Shown here: positions 28,154-39,202 of the stretch, one piece after another | How positions within the stretch are numbered: position 1 is the first letter of the stretch | Layout: each line of letters begins with the position of its first letter | From: an uncultured Lachnospiraceae bacterium | GTDB lineage: Bacteria > Bacillota > Clostridia > Lachnospirales > Lachnospiraceae | DNA: 61,767 nt | Assembly: GCA_964507235.1 (NCBI GenBank) | Contig: CAZDPE010000003.1 | Coordinates: forward strand, 1 to 61,767 | Direction: 5' to 3' | Program-made: the position numbers and the translations under genes | Notes under the pieces: model-generated | What the model was told of the DNA's origin: nothing | What the model saw: the letters and a program-made list of their open reading frames with translations, nothing else | Databases searched by the model: none

Positions 28154-29617
28154 ATGATGGACGCAGTGATTATCGGCGCAGGCGTAAGCGGATGTGCTGT
28201 CGCAAGAGAATTATCAAGAAAGAAACTGAATATAGCGGTGCTTGAGAAAAATGCCGATGTTTGTGAAGGAACTTCTAAGGCAAACAGCGGAATTGTTCAT
28301 GCAGGCTTTGATGCAAAGCCTGGTACCCTGAAGGCAGAATTGAATGTAAAGGGAAGCCTTATGATGAAGCAGCTGTCGAAAGAATTGGATTTCCCTTATA
28401 AGCAGAATGGCTCCCTGGTACTTTGTTTTGATGAAAAGGATAAGGATAAGCTGGAAGAGCTTAAAGAAAGAGGCATCGAAAACGGAGTCGGAGAATTGGA
28501 GATACTGGACAGAGAAAAAGTTCTTGCCATGGAGCCGGAGGCAGGGGAAAAAGTTGTGGCAGCCCTTTATGCACCTACGGGCGCAATTGTCTGCCCCTTT
28601 GGCCTTACCATAGCTCTTGCGGAAAATGCGGCGGCAAATGGCGTTGATTTTCATTTTAAAACCAGGGTATCCGGAATACATAAAAAGGAAGACGGATATG
28701 AAATTCTGACAAACAAGGGAAGCTTTCAGACAAGGTGTGTCATCAATGCGGCAGGAGTTTATGCAGACGAAATTCACAATATGGTCTGTGATGACGGGGA
28801 TAAGTTTCAAATAACACCGAGAAGAGGTGAATATCTTCTTTATGATAAAAAAGTGGGTAATCTGGTGAGTCATACTTTATTTCAGCTGCCTACGGCGCTG
28901 GGTAAGGGGATTTTGGTGACGCCCACGGTTCACGGCAACCTGCTTACAGGTCCTACGGCAGAGGATATTCCGGATAAAGAAGGCACAAATACTACAGCAG
29001 AAGGTCTTGATACAGTGCTTGAAAAGGCGGCACTCAGCGTTTTACAGGTGCCCTCCCGGCAGGTGATTACTTCCTTTGCGGGACTCAGGGCACATGGTCC
29101 TGAAGGTGATTTTATAATAGGAGAGGTAAAGGGCGCTCCGGGATTTTTTGACGTGGCGGGAATGGAATCACCGGGATTGTCCTGTGCACCGGCAGTGGGA
29201 GAATACGTGGCGCAGATGATAAGCGATTATCTGCAGCCGGAAGAAAATAAGAATTTCATTGCAGTAAGAAAAGGGATTCCCAGTATGGCCCTTGCCGGAG
29301 ATGAGGAACGTCATCGTCTGATTCAGGAAAATCCTGCCTATGCCAATGTTATCTGCCGCTGTGAAATGGTAACGGAGGGAGAAATTCTGGATGCCATACG
29401 AAGACCTCTGGGAGCTGCCACCACGGATGGCGTGAAGCGGAGAGTGAGAGCCGGTATGGGGCGGTGTCAGGCAGGTTTTTGTTCCCCTAAGGTTGTGGAG
29501 ATTCTTGCGAGAGAGCTTGGAATTGATGAAAGTCAGATAATAAAGGCGGAGGAAGGCTCTTACTACCTTCTTCCTGAAAATCCTTCCGGGGAAGAAGCTT
29601 TACCCGAAGGCATTTAA
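28154..29617 (+). CDS. FAD-dependent glycerol-3-phosphate dehydrogenase-like oxidoreductase with BFD-like [2Fe-2S] domain
   Basis: IIGAGVSG, TSKANSGIVHAG, ICRCEMVTEGEI and RAGMGRCQAGFC. Lies upstream of glpK. Confidence 0.85.
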   Translation: MMDAVIIGAGVSGCAVARELSRKKLNIAVLEKNADVCEGTSKANSGIVHAGFDAKPGTLKAELNVKGSLMMKQLSKELDFPYKQNGSLVLCFDEKDKDKLEELKERGIENGVGELEILDREKVLAMEPEAGEKVVAALYAPTGAIVCPFGLTIALAENAAANGVDFHFKTRVSGIHKKEDGYEILTNKGSFQTRCVINAAGVYADEIHNMVCDDGDKFQITPRRGEYLLYDKKVGNLVSHTLFQLPTALGKGILVTPTVHGNLLTGPTAEDIPDKEGTNTTAEGLDTVLEKAALSVLQVPSRQVITSFAGLRAHGPEGDFIIGEVKGAPGFFDVAGMESPGLSCAPAVGEYVAQMISDYLQPEENKNFIAVRKGIPSMALAGDEERHRLIQENPAYANVICRCEMVTEGEILDAIRRPLGAATTDGVKRRVRAGMGRCQAGFCSPKVVEILARELGIDESQIIKAEEGSYYLLPENPSGEEALPEGI

Positions 29618-29636
29618 GGAAAAGGAGGAAGGAAGA

Positions 29637-31049
29637 TTGAAAACAGATTTAGTGATTATCGGCGGCGGCCCTGCGGGCATGGCAGCGGCGCTGTCCGCAT
29701 ACGAAAACGGCGTTGCGGATATTCTGATTCTGGAAAGAGATAAAGAACTGGGAGGCATTTTAAACCAATGTATTCACAATGGTTTTGGTCTTCATACCTT
29801 TAAGGAGGAGCTGACCGGACCGGAATATGCCGTCCGTTACATAGAAAAGGTACAGGAAAAGAAGATTCCTTATCTTTTAAATACTATGGCGGTGGATGTT
29901 AAGGGAGGATCGCCCTGCATTATAACGGCCATGAACAGGGAAAAAGGACTTTTTAAGATAGAGGCAAAAGCAGTTATCCTTGCCATGGGCTGCAGGGAGC
30001 GTCCCAGGGGAGCCATGAATATACCCGGCTTTCGGCCGGCCGGTGTTTATTCTGCGGGAACAGCGCAGAGGTTTGTCAATAGAGAAGGGCGAATGCCGGG
30101 AGAGGAAGTTGTAGTGCTTGGTTCGGGCGATATCGGACTGATTATGGCAAGAAGAATGAGCCTGCAGGGGGCCAGGGTAAAGCTGGTGGCGGAAATCATG
30201 CCCTATTCCGGCGGGCTTAAAAGAAATATTGTGCAATGTCTGGATGATTTCGGAATCCCATTGCTTCTTAGCCATACTGTGACGGAAATTCACGGAAAAG
30301 ACAGAGTGGAGGGCGTTACTGTCGTAAAAGTAGATGAAAACTTAAAACCCATAAGGGGTACGGAAGAATATGTTTCCTGTGATACTCTGCTTTTGTCCTG
30401 CGGATTGATTCCGGAAAATGAATTGTCTGAAGGGGCGGGAGCCCGGATGGATTCCGTAACTCAGGGGCCTGTGGTAAATGCCAGGCTGGAAACTACGGCG
30501 GAAGGCATTTTTGCCTGCGGCAATGTGCTGCATGTGCACGATTTAGTGGATAATGTATCTAAGGAAGCGGTAAGTGCAGGCATATTTGCGGCAGCCTGTG
30601 TGAAGGAAAAAACAGCGGACTGGGGCGAGGCAGTAAGACCGAAGATTCCGCAAAAAACAAAGAGCATCATTCCGGAAGGAAGAGATGCGGGAAAAACCTT
30701 AATCTGTATTGGATGCCCGGTGGGCTGTCTGATAACGGTGGATAAAAATTCAGATGGAAGTCTGAATATTACAGGCAATACCTGTAAAAAAGGCGAGCAG
30801 TATGCAAGGAATGAAATGACAGCGCCTAAACGTACCGTTACTTCCATTATGAAAGTGGAAGGTGGGACAGGAAAAGTGGTTTCTGTGAAAACGAAAGAGG
30901 AAATTCCCAAAGGCAGCATTTGGGAATGTATGGAGGAAATTAATAAAGGTATTGTGAAAGCACCTGTTAAAGTGGGGGATATCCTGATAAAAAATGTGGC
31001 GGGCACAGGAGTGGATGTGGTTGCCACAATAAATATGGAAATAGGCTGA
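29637..31049 (+). CDS. FAD/NAD(P) oxidoreductase fused to a C-terminal DUF1667 (CxxC) domain
   Basis: TTG start with [27 protein letters not shown] and [12 protein letters not shown], then [10 protein letters not shown]...GNTCKKG...APKRTVTS. Confidence 0.82.
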   Translation: MKTDLVIIGGGPAGMAAALSAYENGVADILILERDKELGGILNQCIHNGFGLHTFKEELTGPEYAVRYIEKVQEKKIPYLLNTMAVDVKGGSPCIITAMNREKGLFKIEAKAVILAMGCRERPRGAMNIPGFRPAGVYSAGTAQRFVNREGRMPGEEVVVLGSGDIGLIMARRMSLQGARVKLVAEIMPYSGGLKRNIVQCLDDFGIPLLLSHTVTEIHGKDRVEGVTVVKVDENLKPIRGTEEYVSCDTLLLSCGLIPENELSEGAGARMDSVTQGPVVNARLETTAEGIFACGNVLHVHDLVDNVSKEAVSAGIFAAACVKEKTADWGEAVRPKIPQKTKSIIPEGRDAGKTLICIGCPVGCLITVDKNSDGSLNITGNTCKKGEQYARNEMTAPKRTVTSIMKVEGGTGKVVSVKTKEEIPKGSIWECMEEINKGIVKAPVKVGDILIKNVAGTGVDVVATINMEIG

Positions 31050-31078
31050 AGAAACAGGAGAAAGGGGAAGGTATAAAT

Positions 31079-32581
31079 ATGAGCAGATATATCATGGCAC
31101 TTGACCAGGGAACTACCAGTTCCCGGTGCATTTTGTTTGATAAGAAGGGGACTATTTGCAGCATGGCACAAAAAGAGTTTACCCAGATTTATCCCAAACC
31201 GGGGTGGGTGGAGCATAATCCCATGGAAATCTGGTCATCCCAGCTGGCGGTGCTGACGGAGGCGATGGCTATGGTGGGAGCGGCGCCTTCCGATATCAGC
31301 GGAATAGGAATTACAAATCAGAGAGAAACGACCATTGTATGGGATAAAAAAACGGGAGAGCCCGTCTATAATGCCATTGTCTGGCAGTGCAGGCGTACTG
31401 CCGAAAAAATAGATGAACTGACGGCAAATGGTTATGGGGATTTGATTAAGGAAAGAACGGGACTGATTGCGGACGCCTATTTCAGCGGTACAAAAATTGC
31501 ATGGATTTTAGATAACGTGCCGGAAGCAAGAAAAAGGGCCGAAAGAGGAGAATTGCTGTTTGGAACGGTGGATACCTGGTTGATTTATAATCTGACTAAG
31601 GGAGCTGTCCATGTGACAGATTATACGAATGCTTCCAGAACTATGATTTTTGATATTCATAAGCTGTGTTGGGATAAGGAGCTTCTTTCCCTTCTTAAAA
31701 TTCCGGAAAGCATGCTGCCGGAAGTAAAGCCTTCCAGCCATATTTATGGTTATACTGACACTTCTGTGCTGGGAGGGGAGATTCCCATTGCAGGCATAGC
31801 GGGGGACCAGCAGGCTGCTTTGTTTGGTCAGTGCTGTTTTAAAAGAGGGCAGGTTAAAAATACATATGGCACAGGCTGCTTTTTGCTGATGAATACGGGC
31901 AAAGAAGCGATTGCTTCGGGACATGGGCTGCTTACCACTATTGCCGCAAGCACGGGAGATGAAGTGGAATATGCCTTAGAGGGAAGTGTCTTTGTAGCCG
32001 GAGCGGCGATTCAGTGGCTGCGCGATGGCATGAGGATGATTAAAACCGCGGCTCAGACAGAAGAATACACTGATAAAGCGGATGATACTACGGGGGTTTA
32101 TGTAGTGCCGGCTTTTGCAGGAATGGGAGCGCCGTATTGGAACCCTTATGCGAGGGGAACCATAGTGGGAATTACAAGAGGATGTAAAAAAGAACATTTT
32201 ATCAGGGCTACGCTGGAATCCATTGCTTATCAGACTGCTGATGTTTTGAAAGCTATGGAAGAGGACGCACAGGTTTCCATTGCGGGATTGAAGGTAGACG
32301 GAGGCGCCAGTGCCAATGATTTTCTGATGCAGTTTCAGGCGGACATTCTGGGGGCAAGGGTATACAGACCGGAATGTATTGAAACAACGGCTCTTGGTGC
32401 GGCGTACCTTGCAGGGCTTGCTACGGGATATTTTAAGAATAAAGAAGAAATCTGCGAGAATTGGCAGCTTGAACGGGAATTTGTTCATGAAATGGGAGAA
32501 AATTACAGGGAAAAGCTTTTGAAGGGATGGAAGAGAGCAGTGAAATGCGCTTTGCTGTGGGCTTCCGATGGGGAGGTATAG
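31079..32581 (+). CDS. glpK: Glycerol kinase
   Basis: [36 protein letters not shown]. Confidence 0.96.
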   Translation: MSRYIMALDQGTTSSRCILFDKKGTICSMAQKEFTQIYPKPGWVEHNPMEIWSSQLAVLTEAMAMVGAAPSDISGIGITNQRETTIVWDKKTGEPVYNAIVWQCRRTAEKIDELTANGYGDLIKERTGLIADAYFSGTKIAWILDNVPEARKRAERGELLFGTVDTWLIYNLTKGAVHVTDYTNASRTMIFDIHKLCWDKELLSLLKIPESMLPEVKPSSHIYGYTDTSVLGGEIPIAGIAGDQQAALFGQCCFKRGQVKNTYGTGCFLLMNTGKEAIASGHGLLTTIAASTGDEVEYALEGSVFVAGAAIQWLRDGMRMIKTAAQTEEYTDKADDTTGVYVVPAFAGMGAPYWNPYARGTIVGITRGCKKEHFIRATLESIAYQTADVLKAMEEDAQVSIAGLKVDGGASANDFLMQFQADILGARVYRPECIETTALGAAYLAGLATGYFKNKEEICENWQLEREFVHEMGENYREKLLKGWKRAVKCALLWASDGEV

Positions 32582-33968
32582 ATTTGTGGAAACACAGAAG
32601 ATAATGGAGGAGCTGGCAGGCTCGCTTAATAAAATTTTATTATTTGCAGGATGTGATGAAAAGCTGGAAAAGGACTTTAGAAGCAATATTGCGGCCTACA
32701 AAAAGCTGTCAGATAAAAACGGCAGTGATGCGCATGCCGTAAGTCTTCGGCGTAAAATTGCAGAATTGTTTTATAAAGTATATGAAGCAGCTTTTAAAGC
32801 CGGAGTAAAAGCAGAAAGCATTCCGCCGGTTGTCAGTATGTTTTTTAATTTCGGTTATGTGGATGAAGAACTGGCAGGAATGGAAAATGCAGTATATTTA
32901 TATGGTCTTATACAGGAAATGCCTACAGATCCGGACAGGAATGTATATTCCTTTTACCAGTGGCTGATGGCTGTTTATACCGGGAAAAAGGAACCCAGCC
33001 AGAATGAAATGGATATGGATTACAGGGATTACCTGCATGAGCAGAAAAGAATGAAAAGGATTGACCAGAAGCAGGAAGCTGCACTTCTGCAAAGTAATAT
33101 TTCAAAGGTGATTTTTGAAATGACAAATATGTTTCCGGTTATCAACAGGCTCACCTTTGGCCAGCTCAGCATTTTCTGCCCCGTATTTTCCGGACATAAT
33201 GTTTTCCGTCCGCTGGATGCCGATTTGGTAACAGCGGAAAAGGTGACTGCGGAAATAGATGAAATCAGGCATAAGGATTTCAGGGCGTTTTACAGGGAAA
33301 CCATGTTTAGCGTACGGGAAAAAGACATTAATGAAATGATAGAGGTTGAAGTGCTTCCCGATGTGATATTGATGCCCAATATTGGCGGAAGAAGTATTAT
33401 GTGGCAGGAAATCGAGGGGAAAAAGCGCACCACGCCTGCGCGTATGATGTGCTCCATATTCCATACAGAGGAATTTGCCCTGAGCATGATGCGTCTGGCA
33501 GGAGAATTCAGATGGGAAATGTGCAAGCGTGCGCAGGGAGCCAGATGGAATGATGTTTCCGACCCGTCCCTTACCAGCGAATACTGTGATTATGTGCAGT
33601 TTTACCGGAAGAACAAGGATTTGTCGGCGGATGCAAAAGAAAAAATTAAAACTCAGCTTGCAAGAGTGCGTAATAATAACAAAGCAATGTTTGCATCGGA
33701 TTATATTATGTGGCTTAGGTTTGAAAGCGCCGGTCTGCCAAGGCTGAATAAGGTTGCCAGAAATATTTTATTTACCTATTGCCCTTTCCCAAAAGAAATC
33801 AGGAACAAAATAGGCGCCAATCCTCTCTACAGGCAGGCAATCGACAAATATAATGTAATTAATTCACGTAAGCTGCACAGGATCACGCTTCTGTACAGGA
33901 AGCTTGAGAATTCACCTGGGGGCGTGCCGGAAGAAATTGCCGAATACAAGCGATATATGGAAGCTTAG
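32568..33968 (+). CDS. Conserved hypothetical cytoplasmic protein
   Basis: 466-aa ORF overlapping the glpK stop, with W/Y/C-rich blocks ([30 protein letters not shown]). Confidence 0.75.
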   Translation: MGRYRFVETQKIMEELAGSLNKILLFAGCDEKLEKDFRSNIAAYKKLSDKNGSDAHAVSLRRKIAELFYKVYEAAFKAGVKAESIPPVVSMFFNFGYVDEELAGMENAVYLYGLIQEMPTDPDRNVYSFYQWLMAVYTGKKEPSQNEMDMDYRDYLHEQKRMKRIDQKQEAALLQSNISKVIFEMTNMFPVINRLTFGQLSIFCPVFSGHNVFRPLDADLVTAEKVTAEIDEIRHKDFRAFYRETMFSVREKDINEMIEVEVLPDVILMPNIGGRSIMWQEIEGKKRTTPARMMCSIFHTEEFALSMMRLAGEFRWEMCKRAQGARWNDVSDPSLTSEYCDYVQFYRKNKDLSADAKEKIKTQLARVRNNNKAMFASDYIMWLRFESAGLPRLNKVARNILFTYCPFPKEIRNKIGANPLYRQAIDKYNVINSRKLHRITLLYRKLENSPGGVPEEIAEYKRYMEA

Positions 33969-33995
33969 AAAAACTGCCTGAAAGGAAATGCCGGA

Positions 33996-34625
33996 ATGAA
34001 AGAATCGGGAAAAGAAAGAAGATATACGGAATTAAGGAAGCTTACGGATAATAAATTTCTTAATTTATATGAAATGGATGCATTGGACAGCAGGGGAGCC
34101 CCCTTTCACTACTATTTTGCTTCCAGGAATCAGGAAGAAAAGCTTCCCCTTAAAACGGGCGAAGTGGCGCAGAATGGAATTGTGATTTACGCTGTCTTAA
34201 AGGATGACCCTTCTAAAATTGTCATGATAAGGCAATATCGTTATCCTCTGGATGCTTATCTTTATGAGCTGCCTGCCGGGCTGATTGATGAGGGGGAAAC
34301 TGCAAAAGAGGCTGCCGTAAGGGAAATGAAGGAAGAAACGGGACTTGGCTTTGAACCTTATGCAGATGGCGACCCGGCTTATGAGAAGCCGTATTTTCTG
34401 GGCGCGGGGCTGACAGATGAAACAAGCACTTCTGTTTTTGGATATGCGGACGGGAAAATCAGTGGGGAATTTGCAGAAAGCACCGAATCTATAGAGGTCC
34501 TTCTGGTGGACAGACAGGAAGCAAAGAGGATTCTCCGGGAGGAAAGAGTTTCTCTCCGGGCAGCCTTGCTGCTGATTTCATTTATTCATGGGGATGAGAA
34601 AGAGCCTTTTGCGTTTTTAAAATAA
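33996..34625 (+). CDS. NUDIX hydrolase (ADP-ribose pyrophosphatase-like)
   Basis: RQYRYP and Nudix box ELPAGLIDEGETAKEAAVREMKEETG. Confidence 0.9.
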   Translation: MKESGKERRYTELRKLTDNKFLNLYEMDALDSRGAPFHYYFASRNQEEKLPLKTGEVAQNGIVIYAVLKDDPSKIVMIRQYRYPLDAYLYELPAGLIDEGETAKEAAVREMKEETGLGFEPYADGDPAYEKPYFLGAGLTDETSTSVFGYADGKISGEFAESTESIEVLLVDRQEAKRILREERVSLRAALLLISFIHGDEKEPFAFLK

Positions 34626-34703
34626 TAATTTGATTCATTAAAAATGCCGAATTTGCAGCTGAATTTTTGTGAACAATTTGTGTCATGGATTCCTCCGAAT
34701 TTG

Positions 34704-34731
34704 TTGACATTGCAAAAAATTACTTTATAAT
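34704..34731 (+). promoter_or_regulatory. Sigma-A promoter of the GH36 genes
   Basis: TTGACA-16 bp-TATAAT. Confidence 0.75.
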
Positions 34732-34747
34732 TTAAGTAAAAAGGTAA

Positions 34748-34763
34748 TTTTTTAGCTAAAAAA
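34748..34763. promoter_or_regulatory. Perfect 16-bp palindrome, candidate LacI-family operator
   Basis: TTTTTTAGCTAAAAAA just downstream of the -10 box. Confidence 0.5.
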
Positions 34764-34784
34764 ACAGATTCGGAGGCTTTTATT

Positions 34785-36974
34785 ATGTCAATTACTTTTT
34801 ATGAAAAAGAACAGATTTTTAAATTGGATACGAAAAATACTACTTATGCAATCGGCATTGTAGATGAAGATAAGTTTCTCGGACATATTTATTACGGAGC
34901 AAAGCTGAACGATTATCATCTGGGCTGTCTTATGCGTATTTCAGAAAATCCTTTTGTACCTTCAGAAAATAATCGTGACAGAGTTTCTTTTCTGGACAGC
35001 TTTGCTATGGAATATCCTGCAAATGGTCTTGGAGATTACCGCGAAAGCTGCATCAGCATCAGAACCTTAAGTGGGAATATGGGTTTGTCGCTTTCTTATG
35101 TATCTCATAAAATTACAGAGGGAAAAACGCCTTTTGAAGGACTTCCCTCTTCTTTTGGAAAGGAAAAAGAATGCAGCGTGCTGGAAATCCTGTGTGAGGA
35201 CAAAATAACAGGACTTCAGGCGGTTTTGCAATATGGCGTATTCAGCGATGCAGATGTAATTACACGAAGCGTAAAAGTAATCAATAACGGACAGGAAGCG
35301 GTTTATCTTACCAAGGTATATTCAGCTTGTCTGGATATGGATAATCAGGATTTTGAGGCTGTTTCCCTTCATGGCTCGTGGGCAAGAGAACGTCAGATTC
35401 AAACTGTGCCGGTAAGCCATGGCAAATACAGTGTGGAATCCATTCGGGGAGAATCCAGCCATCAGGATCATCCTTTTATGGCCCTTAAGACAAAGAATAC
35501 AACGCAGGAAACAGGAGAGGTTTATGCCATGCATTTTGTTTACTCCGGTAATTTTAAAGTGCAGGTGCAGTCAGACCAGTTTGACCAGGTGCGCATGGTG
35601 ATGGGAATCCATCCTGAAGGCTTTACCTGGAAGCTTAACAGGGGAGAGGCATTTCAGGCGCCTGAGGTGGTAATGGTGTATTCCAAAGAAGGCCTTGGAA
35701 AGATGAGCAGAACCTTCCATGATTTTTACAGGAAGCATTTAATCCGCAGTGAGTATAAGGATAAAAAGCGTCCCGTTTTAATCAATAACTGGGAAGCGAC
35801 TTATTTTGAATTTGATACGGAAAAACTGATTGCCATTGCAAAGGAAGCGTCCGGACTGGGTATTGAAATGCTGGTTATGGATGACGGCTGGTTTGGCGGC
35901 CGATGTGATGATAACAGAGCCCTTGGAGATTGGTTTGTTAATGAGGATAAATTAAAGGGCGGTTTAAAATACCTGGTTGATGAAGTAAATAAGCTTGGTA
36001 TGAAATTCGGCATCTGGTTTGAACCGGAAATGATTTCACCTGATTCTGATTTGTACAGAGCCCATCCTGATTGGGCAATTGCTATTCCGGGAAGGGAAGC
36101 AAGCCTTTGCAGAAACCAGTATGTGCTTGATTTAACCAGAAAAGAAGTGCGGGATTATGCCTATGAATGTGTGGCCAAAATTCTGCGCAGCGCCAATATT
36201 GAATATGTGAAGTGGGATATGAACAGACAGCTTTCCGATATAGGTTCGCTTGAGCTTCCTGCGGACAGAATGGGAGAGCTGTATCACAGATATGTGCTTG
36301 CTGTTTATGAAATGCAGGAAAGACTGATGCAGGAATTTCCCCATCTTCTGCTTGAGAACTGTTCCGGCGGCGGAGCAAGATTTGATCCGGGCATGCTGTA
36401 CTACAGCCCACAGATATGGTGCTCTGATGATACGGATGCAATTGAAAGATTAAAAATTCAGGAGGGAACAGCGCTTATTTATCCGCTCTCCTCCATGGGT
36501 GCTCATGTATCCGATTGTCCTAACCATACGGTTGGAAGAGTAACTCCTTTTGAAACAAGAGGCTATGTAGCCCTTGCGGGCACCTTCGGTTATGAACTGG
36601 ATGTTACAAGGATACCGGAAGAGGACAGAAATATGATACCCGAACAGGTGGCCATGTATCATAAATATAATGACCTTGTAAGGGAAGGTGATTATTACAG
36701 GATTGCTTCTTATGCGGAGAATCATTATTTTGACTGTTACGGTGTGGTAAGCAAGGATAAGAAAGAAGCTCTTTATACCTTTGTTCAGGTACTGAATCGT
36801 CCTAACTATCACAGCAGAAGAATAAAGCTGAAGGGGCTGGAGCCTGAAAAAACATACCGGATAGAAGGAGAAGAGAATACCTATACAGGCGAACTTCTGA
36901 TGAAGGCGGGAATTAATATTCAAAATCTCTGGGGAGATTTTCAGGGGCAGCTGATTCATCTTGTAGAAGCATAA
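34785..36974 (+). CDS. GH36 alpha-galactosidase
   Basis: NNWEATYF, LVMDDGWF, FGIWFEPEM, YVKWDMNR, ENCSGGG, WCSDDTD. Confidence 0.93.
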   Translation: MSITFYEKEQIFKLDTKNTTYAIGIVDEDKFLGHIYYGAKLNDYHLGCLMRISENPFVPSENNRDRVSFLDSFAMEYPANGLGDYRESCISIRTLSGNMGLSLSYVSHKITEGKTPFEGLPSSFGKEKECSVLEILCEDKITGLQAVLQYGVFSDADVITRSVKVINNGQEAVYLTKVYSACLDMDNQDFEAVSLHGSWARERQIQTVPVSHGKYSVESIRGESSHQDHPFMALKTKNTTQETGEVYAMHFVYSGNFKVQVQSDQFDQVRMVMGIHPEGFTWKLNRGEAFQAPEVVMVYSKEGLGKMSRTFHDFYRKHLIRSEYKDKKRPVLINNWEATYFEFDTEKLIAIAKEASGLGIEMLVMDDGWFGGRCDDNRALGDWFVNEDKLKGGLKYLVDEVNKLGMKFGIWFEPEMISPDSDLYRAHPDWAIAIPGREASLCRNQYVLDLTRKEVRDYAYECVAKILRSANIEYVKWDMNRQLSDIGSLELPADRMGELYHRYVLAVYEMQERLMQEFPHLLLENCSGGGARFDPGMLYYSPQIWCSDDTDAIERLKIQEGTALIYPLSSMGAHVSDCPNHTVGRVTPFETRGYVALAGTFGYELDVTRIPEEDRNMIPEQVAMYHKYNDLVREGDYYRIASYAENHYFDCYGVVSKDKKEALYTFVQVLNRPNYHSRRIKLKGLEPEKTYRIEGEENTYTGELLMKAGINIQNLWGDFQGQLIHLVEA

Positions 36975-37018
36975 ATTGCGGAAAAATCATTATAAAACAG
37001 CATGGAAGGGACAAAAAA

Positions 37019-39172
37019 ATGACAGCAGGAACGGCAGAATATGTAAAGAAATGGATTCGGATTGAGGAAGACGGCATTTACCTTGTTTTTGGAATTACGG
37101 CTGATGACCAGTTAAAGCTTTTTCATTTTTCATCCGTACCTATGGGGGAATTGGAAGAAAGCGAACTGTTTATTAAAGAAGGTTTTCAGATAGTACAGGT
37201 TAATTTTTCCGGTTATAACAGACCTTATGAAAAACATGGAAATAAACATATTGTAACGGCACCGGGATATCTGCTTACTTTTGTGGATATGAAAGATGAG
37301 CAGGGGGAAGAAGGACGGAAGCTGACTATCACACAGAAGGATGAAATGACAGGGGCGAAAGTGATTTCTGTCTGGCAGTTTTATGCAGGTACATCTACTG
37401 TCAGAATGCAGCATACGGTGATAAATGAAGGGGAGCAGACGCAGACGCTGGAGTATATTTCTTCTTTTTATTATCTGGGAATAGAAAAAGAGGGAAAGAC
37501 AAGCTCTGATGAAAAGATGAAACTGACATATGCCTATAATGGCTGGCAGAAGGAGTTTAATTTTCATTCTTACAGTTTTCCCGAGCTGGGACTTGCACAG
37601 ACGCAGCCTACCGTTTATCAAAGAACCTCTAACACGATTGAACTTACGAATACGGGAAACTGGTCAACGAAGAAGTATCTCCCTATGGGTTATCTGGAGA
37701 ACACCGATGGAAATACCGCTCTTTACTGGCAGATTGAGCATAATGGCTCGTGGCATGCGGAAATCGGTGATGTAAACGGTCATTTTTATCTGGCCTTAAG
37801 CGGACCTGCTGAGGTTCAGTCCCACTGGTTCCAGAACTTAAAGCCTGGAGAAAGCTTTACTACTGTACCGGCAGCAGTGGGCGTCTGCACCGGGGACTTT
37901 GCAAAGGCTATGGGGCAGCTCACTTCCTACCGCCGTAAAATCAGGCGGCCTAATCAGGACAATGAGAAGCTTCCTGTTATTTTTAATGATTATATGAACT
38001 GCCTGTTCGGCGATCCGACTACGGAAAAGGAGCTTCCTCTTATTGATGCAGCAGCGGAAATGGGCTGTGAATATTATGTGATTGACGCCGGCTGGTATGC
38101 CCCCGGGCAGTGGTGGGACAGCGTAGGTGAGTGGCAGGAGTCCAGAGAACGTTTTCCGAAGGGCGTAAAAGAGGTTACGGATTATATCCGTGCGAAAGGA
38201 ATGATTCCCGGTCTGTGGCTTGAGCTTGAAGTGATGGGAATTAACTGTGAAAAGGCAAAAAAAGCGCCGGATGACTGGTTTTTTATCCGTCATGGAAAGC
38301 GCGTCTATGACAGAAGCAGATATCAGCTGGATTTCAGAAATCCGGAGGTAATTGCCCATGTTGATGAGGTAATTGACAGGGTAGTAAGGGAGTATGGAGT
38401 CGGTTATATCAAAATGGATTATAACATTGAGCCGGGAATCGGGACAGAGCTGTATGCGGACAGCCCGGGCGCCGGAATGCTGGCTCATGAAAGGGCATAT
38501 TTAAGGTGGCTGGAGGGCGTTTTTGAGCGGTACCCCGATTTAGTGATTGAAAACTGTTCAAGCGGAGGACTTAGAATTGATTATGCCATGCTTTCCAGAT
38601 ACAGCATTCAGTCTACCAGTGATCAGGAAGACTACCGGAATTATGCAACTATTTCAGCGAACGCCTGCGCCGGGCTGACGCCGGAACAGGCGGCGGTCTG
38701 GTCTTATCCGCAAAGGGACGGGGATGAGGAAGAAACGATTTATAATATGGTAAATGCCATGCTTCTCCGGATTCATCAAAGTGGGCATTTGAAGGAGCTT
38801 TCTGAGGAAAGAAAGGCGCTTGTAAAAGAAGGAATTGATTATTACAAGACTATCAGGGAGGACATAAAAAAAGCGCTGCCGGATTGGCCGTGGGGACTTG
38901 CAGACAGCCGTGATAACTGGCTTTGCAGTGTTCTTAAGACGGAGAAAAAAGCATATCTTGCAATATGGAGAAGAGGCGGCAGTGAAGACAGCAGGAAAAT
39001 TCCGCTTGGTCATCTGTTTGAAGGGGAACGGGAGCTTTCGGTAAAACTCGCTTATCCTTCAGGGGACGAACAGGAAAACTGCAGTTACGGTTATTTGGAT
39101 AAAGAGAAGGCCCTGCAGGTAAAATACAGCAGGCCTGTAATGGCGAGAATCTTTGAGATTGAAAGTCGTTAG
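37019..39172 (+). CDS. Second, divergent GH36-family glycosidase (alpha-galactosidase-like)
   Basis: FNDYMNCL, YYVIDAGWY, GLWLELE, YIKMDYN, IENCSSGG, QSTSDQ. Confidence 0.85.
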   Translation: MTAGTAEYVKKWIRIEEDGIYLVFGITADDQLKLFHFSSVPMGELEESELFIKEGFQIVQVNFSGYNRPYEKHGNKHIVTAPGYLLTFVDMKDEQGEEGRKLTITQKDEMTGAKVISVWQFYAGTSTVRMQHTVINEGEQTQTLEYISSFYYLGIEKEGKTSSDEKMKLTYAYNGWQKEFNFHSYSFPELGLAQTQPTVYQRTSNTIELTNTGNWSTKKYLPMGYLENTDGNTALYWQIEHNGSWHAEIGDVNGHFYLALSGPAEVQSHWFQNLKPGESFTTVPAAVGVCTGDFAKAMGQLTSYRRKIRRPNQDNEKLPVIFNDYMNCLFGDPTTEKELPLIDAAAEMGCEYYVIDAGWYAPGQWWDSVGEWQESRERFPKGVKEVTDYIRAKGMIPGLWLELEVMGINCEKAKKAPDDWFFIRHGKRVYDRSRYQLDFRNPEVIAHVDEVIDRVVREYGVGYIKMDYNIEPGIGTELYADSPGAGMLAHERAYLRWLEGVFERYPDLVIENCSSGGLRIDYAMLSRYSIQSTSDQEDYRNYATISANACAGLTPEQAAVWSYPQRDGDEEETIYNMVNAMLLRIHQSGHLKELSEERKALVKEGIDYYKTIREDIKKALPDWPWGLADSRDNWLCSVLKTEKKAYLAIWRRGGSEDSRKIPLGHLFEGERELSVKLAYPSGDEQENCSYGYLDKEKALQVKYSRPVMARIFEIESR

Positions 39173-39202
39173 TTGATAAAAGAGGAAACGGAGGAGAAAA
39201 AC

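Noticed and set aside
30461-32686. Long antisense ORFs (251 aa and 236 aa)
   Set aside because: Shadows of the oxidoreductase and glpK on the opposite strand, with no recognisable motifs.
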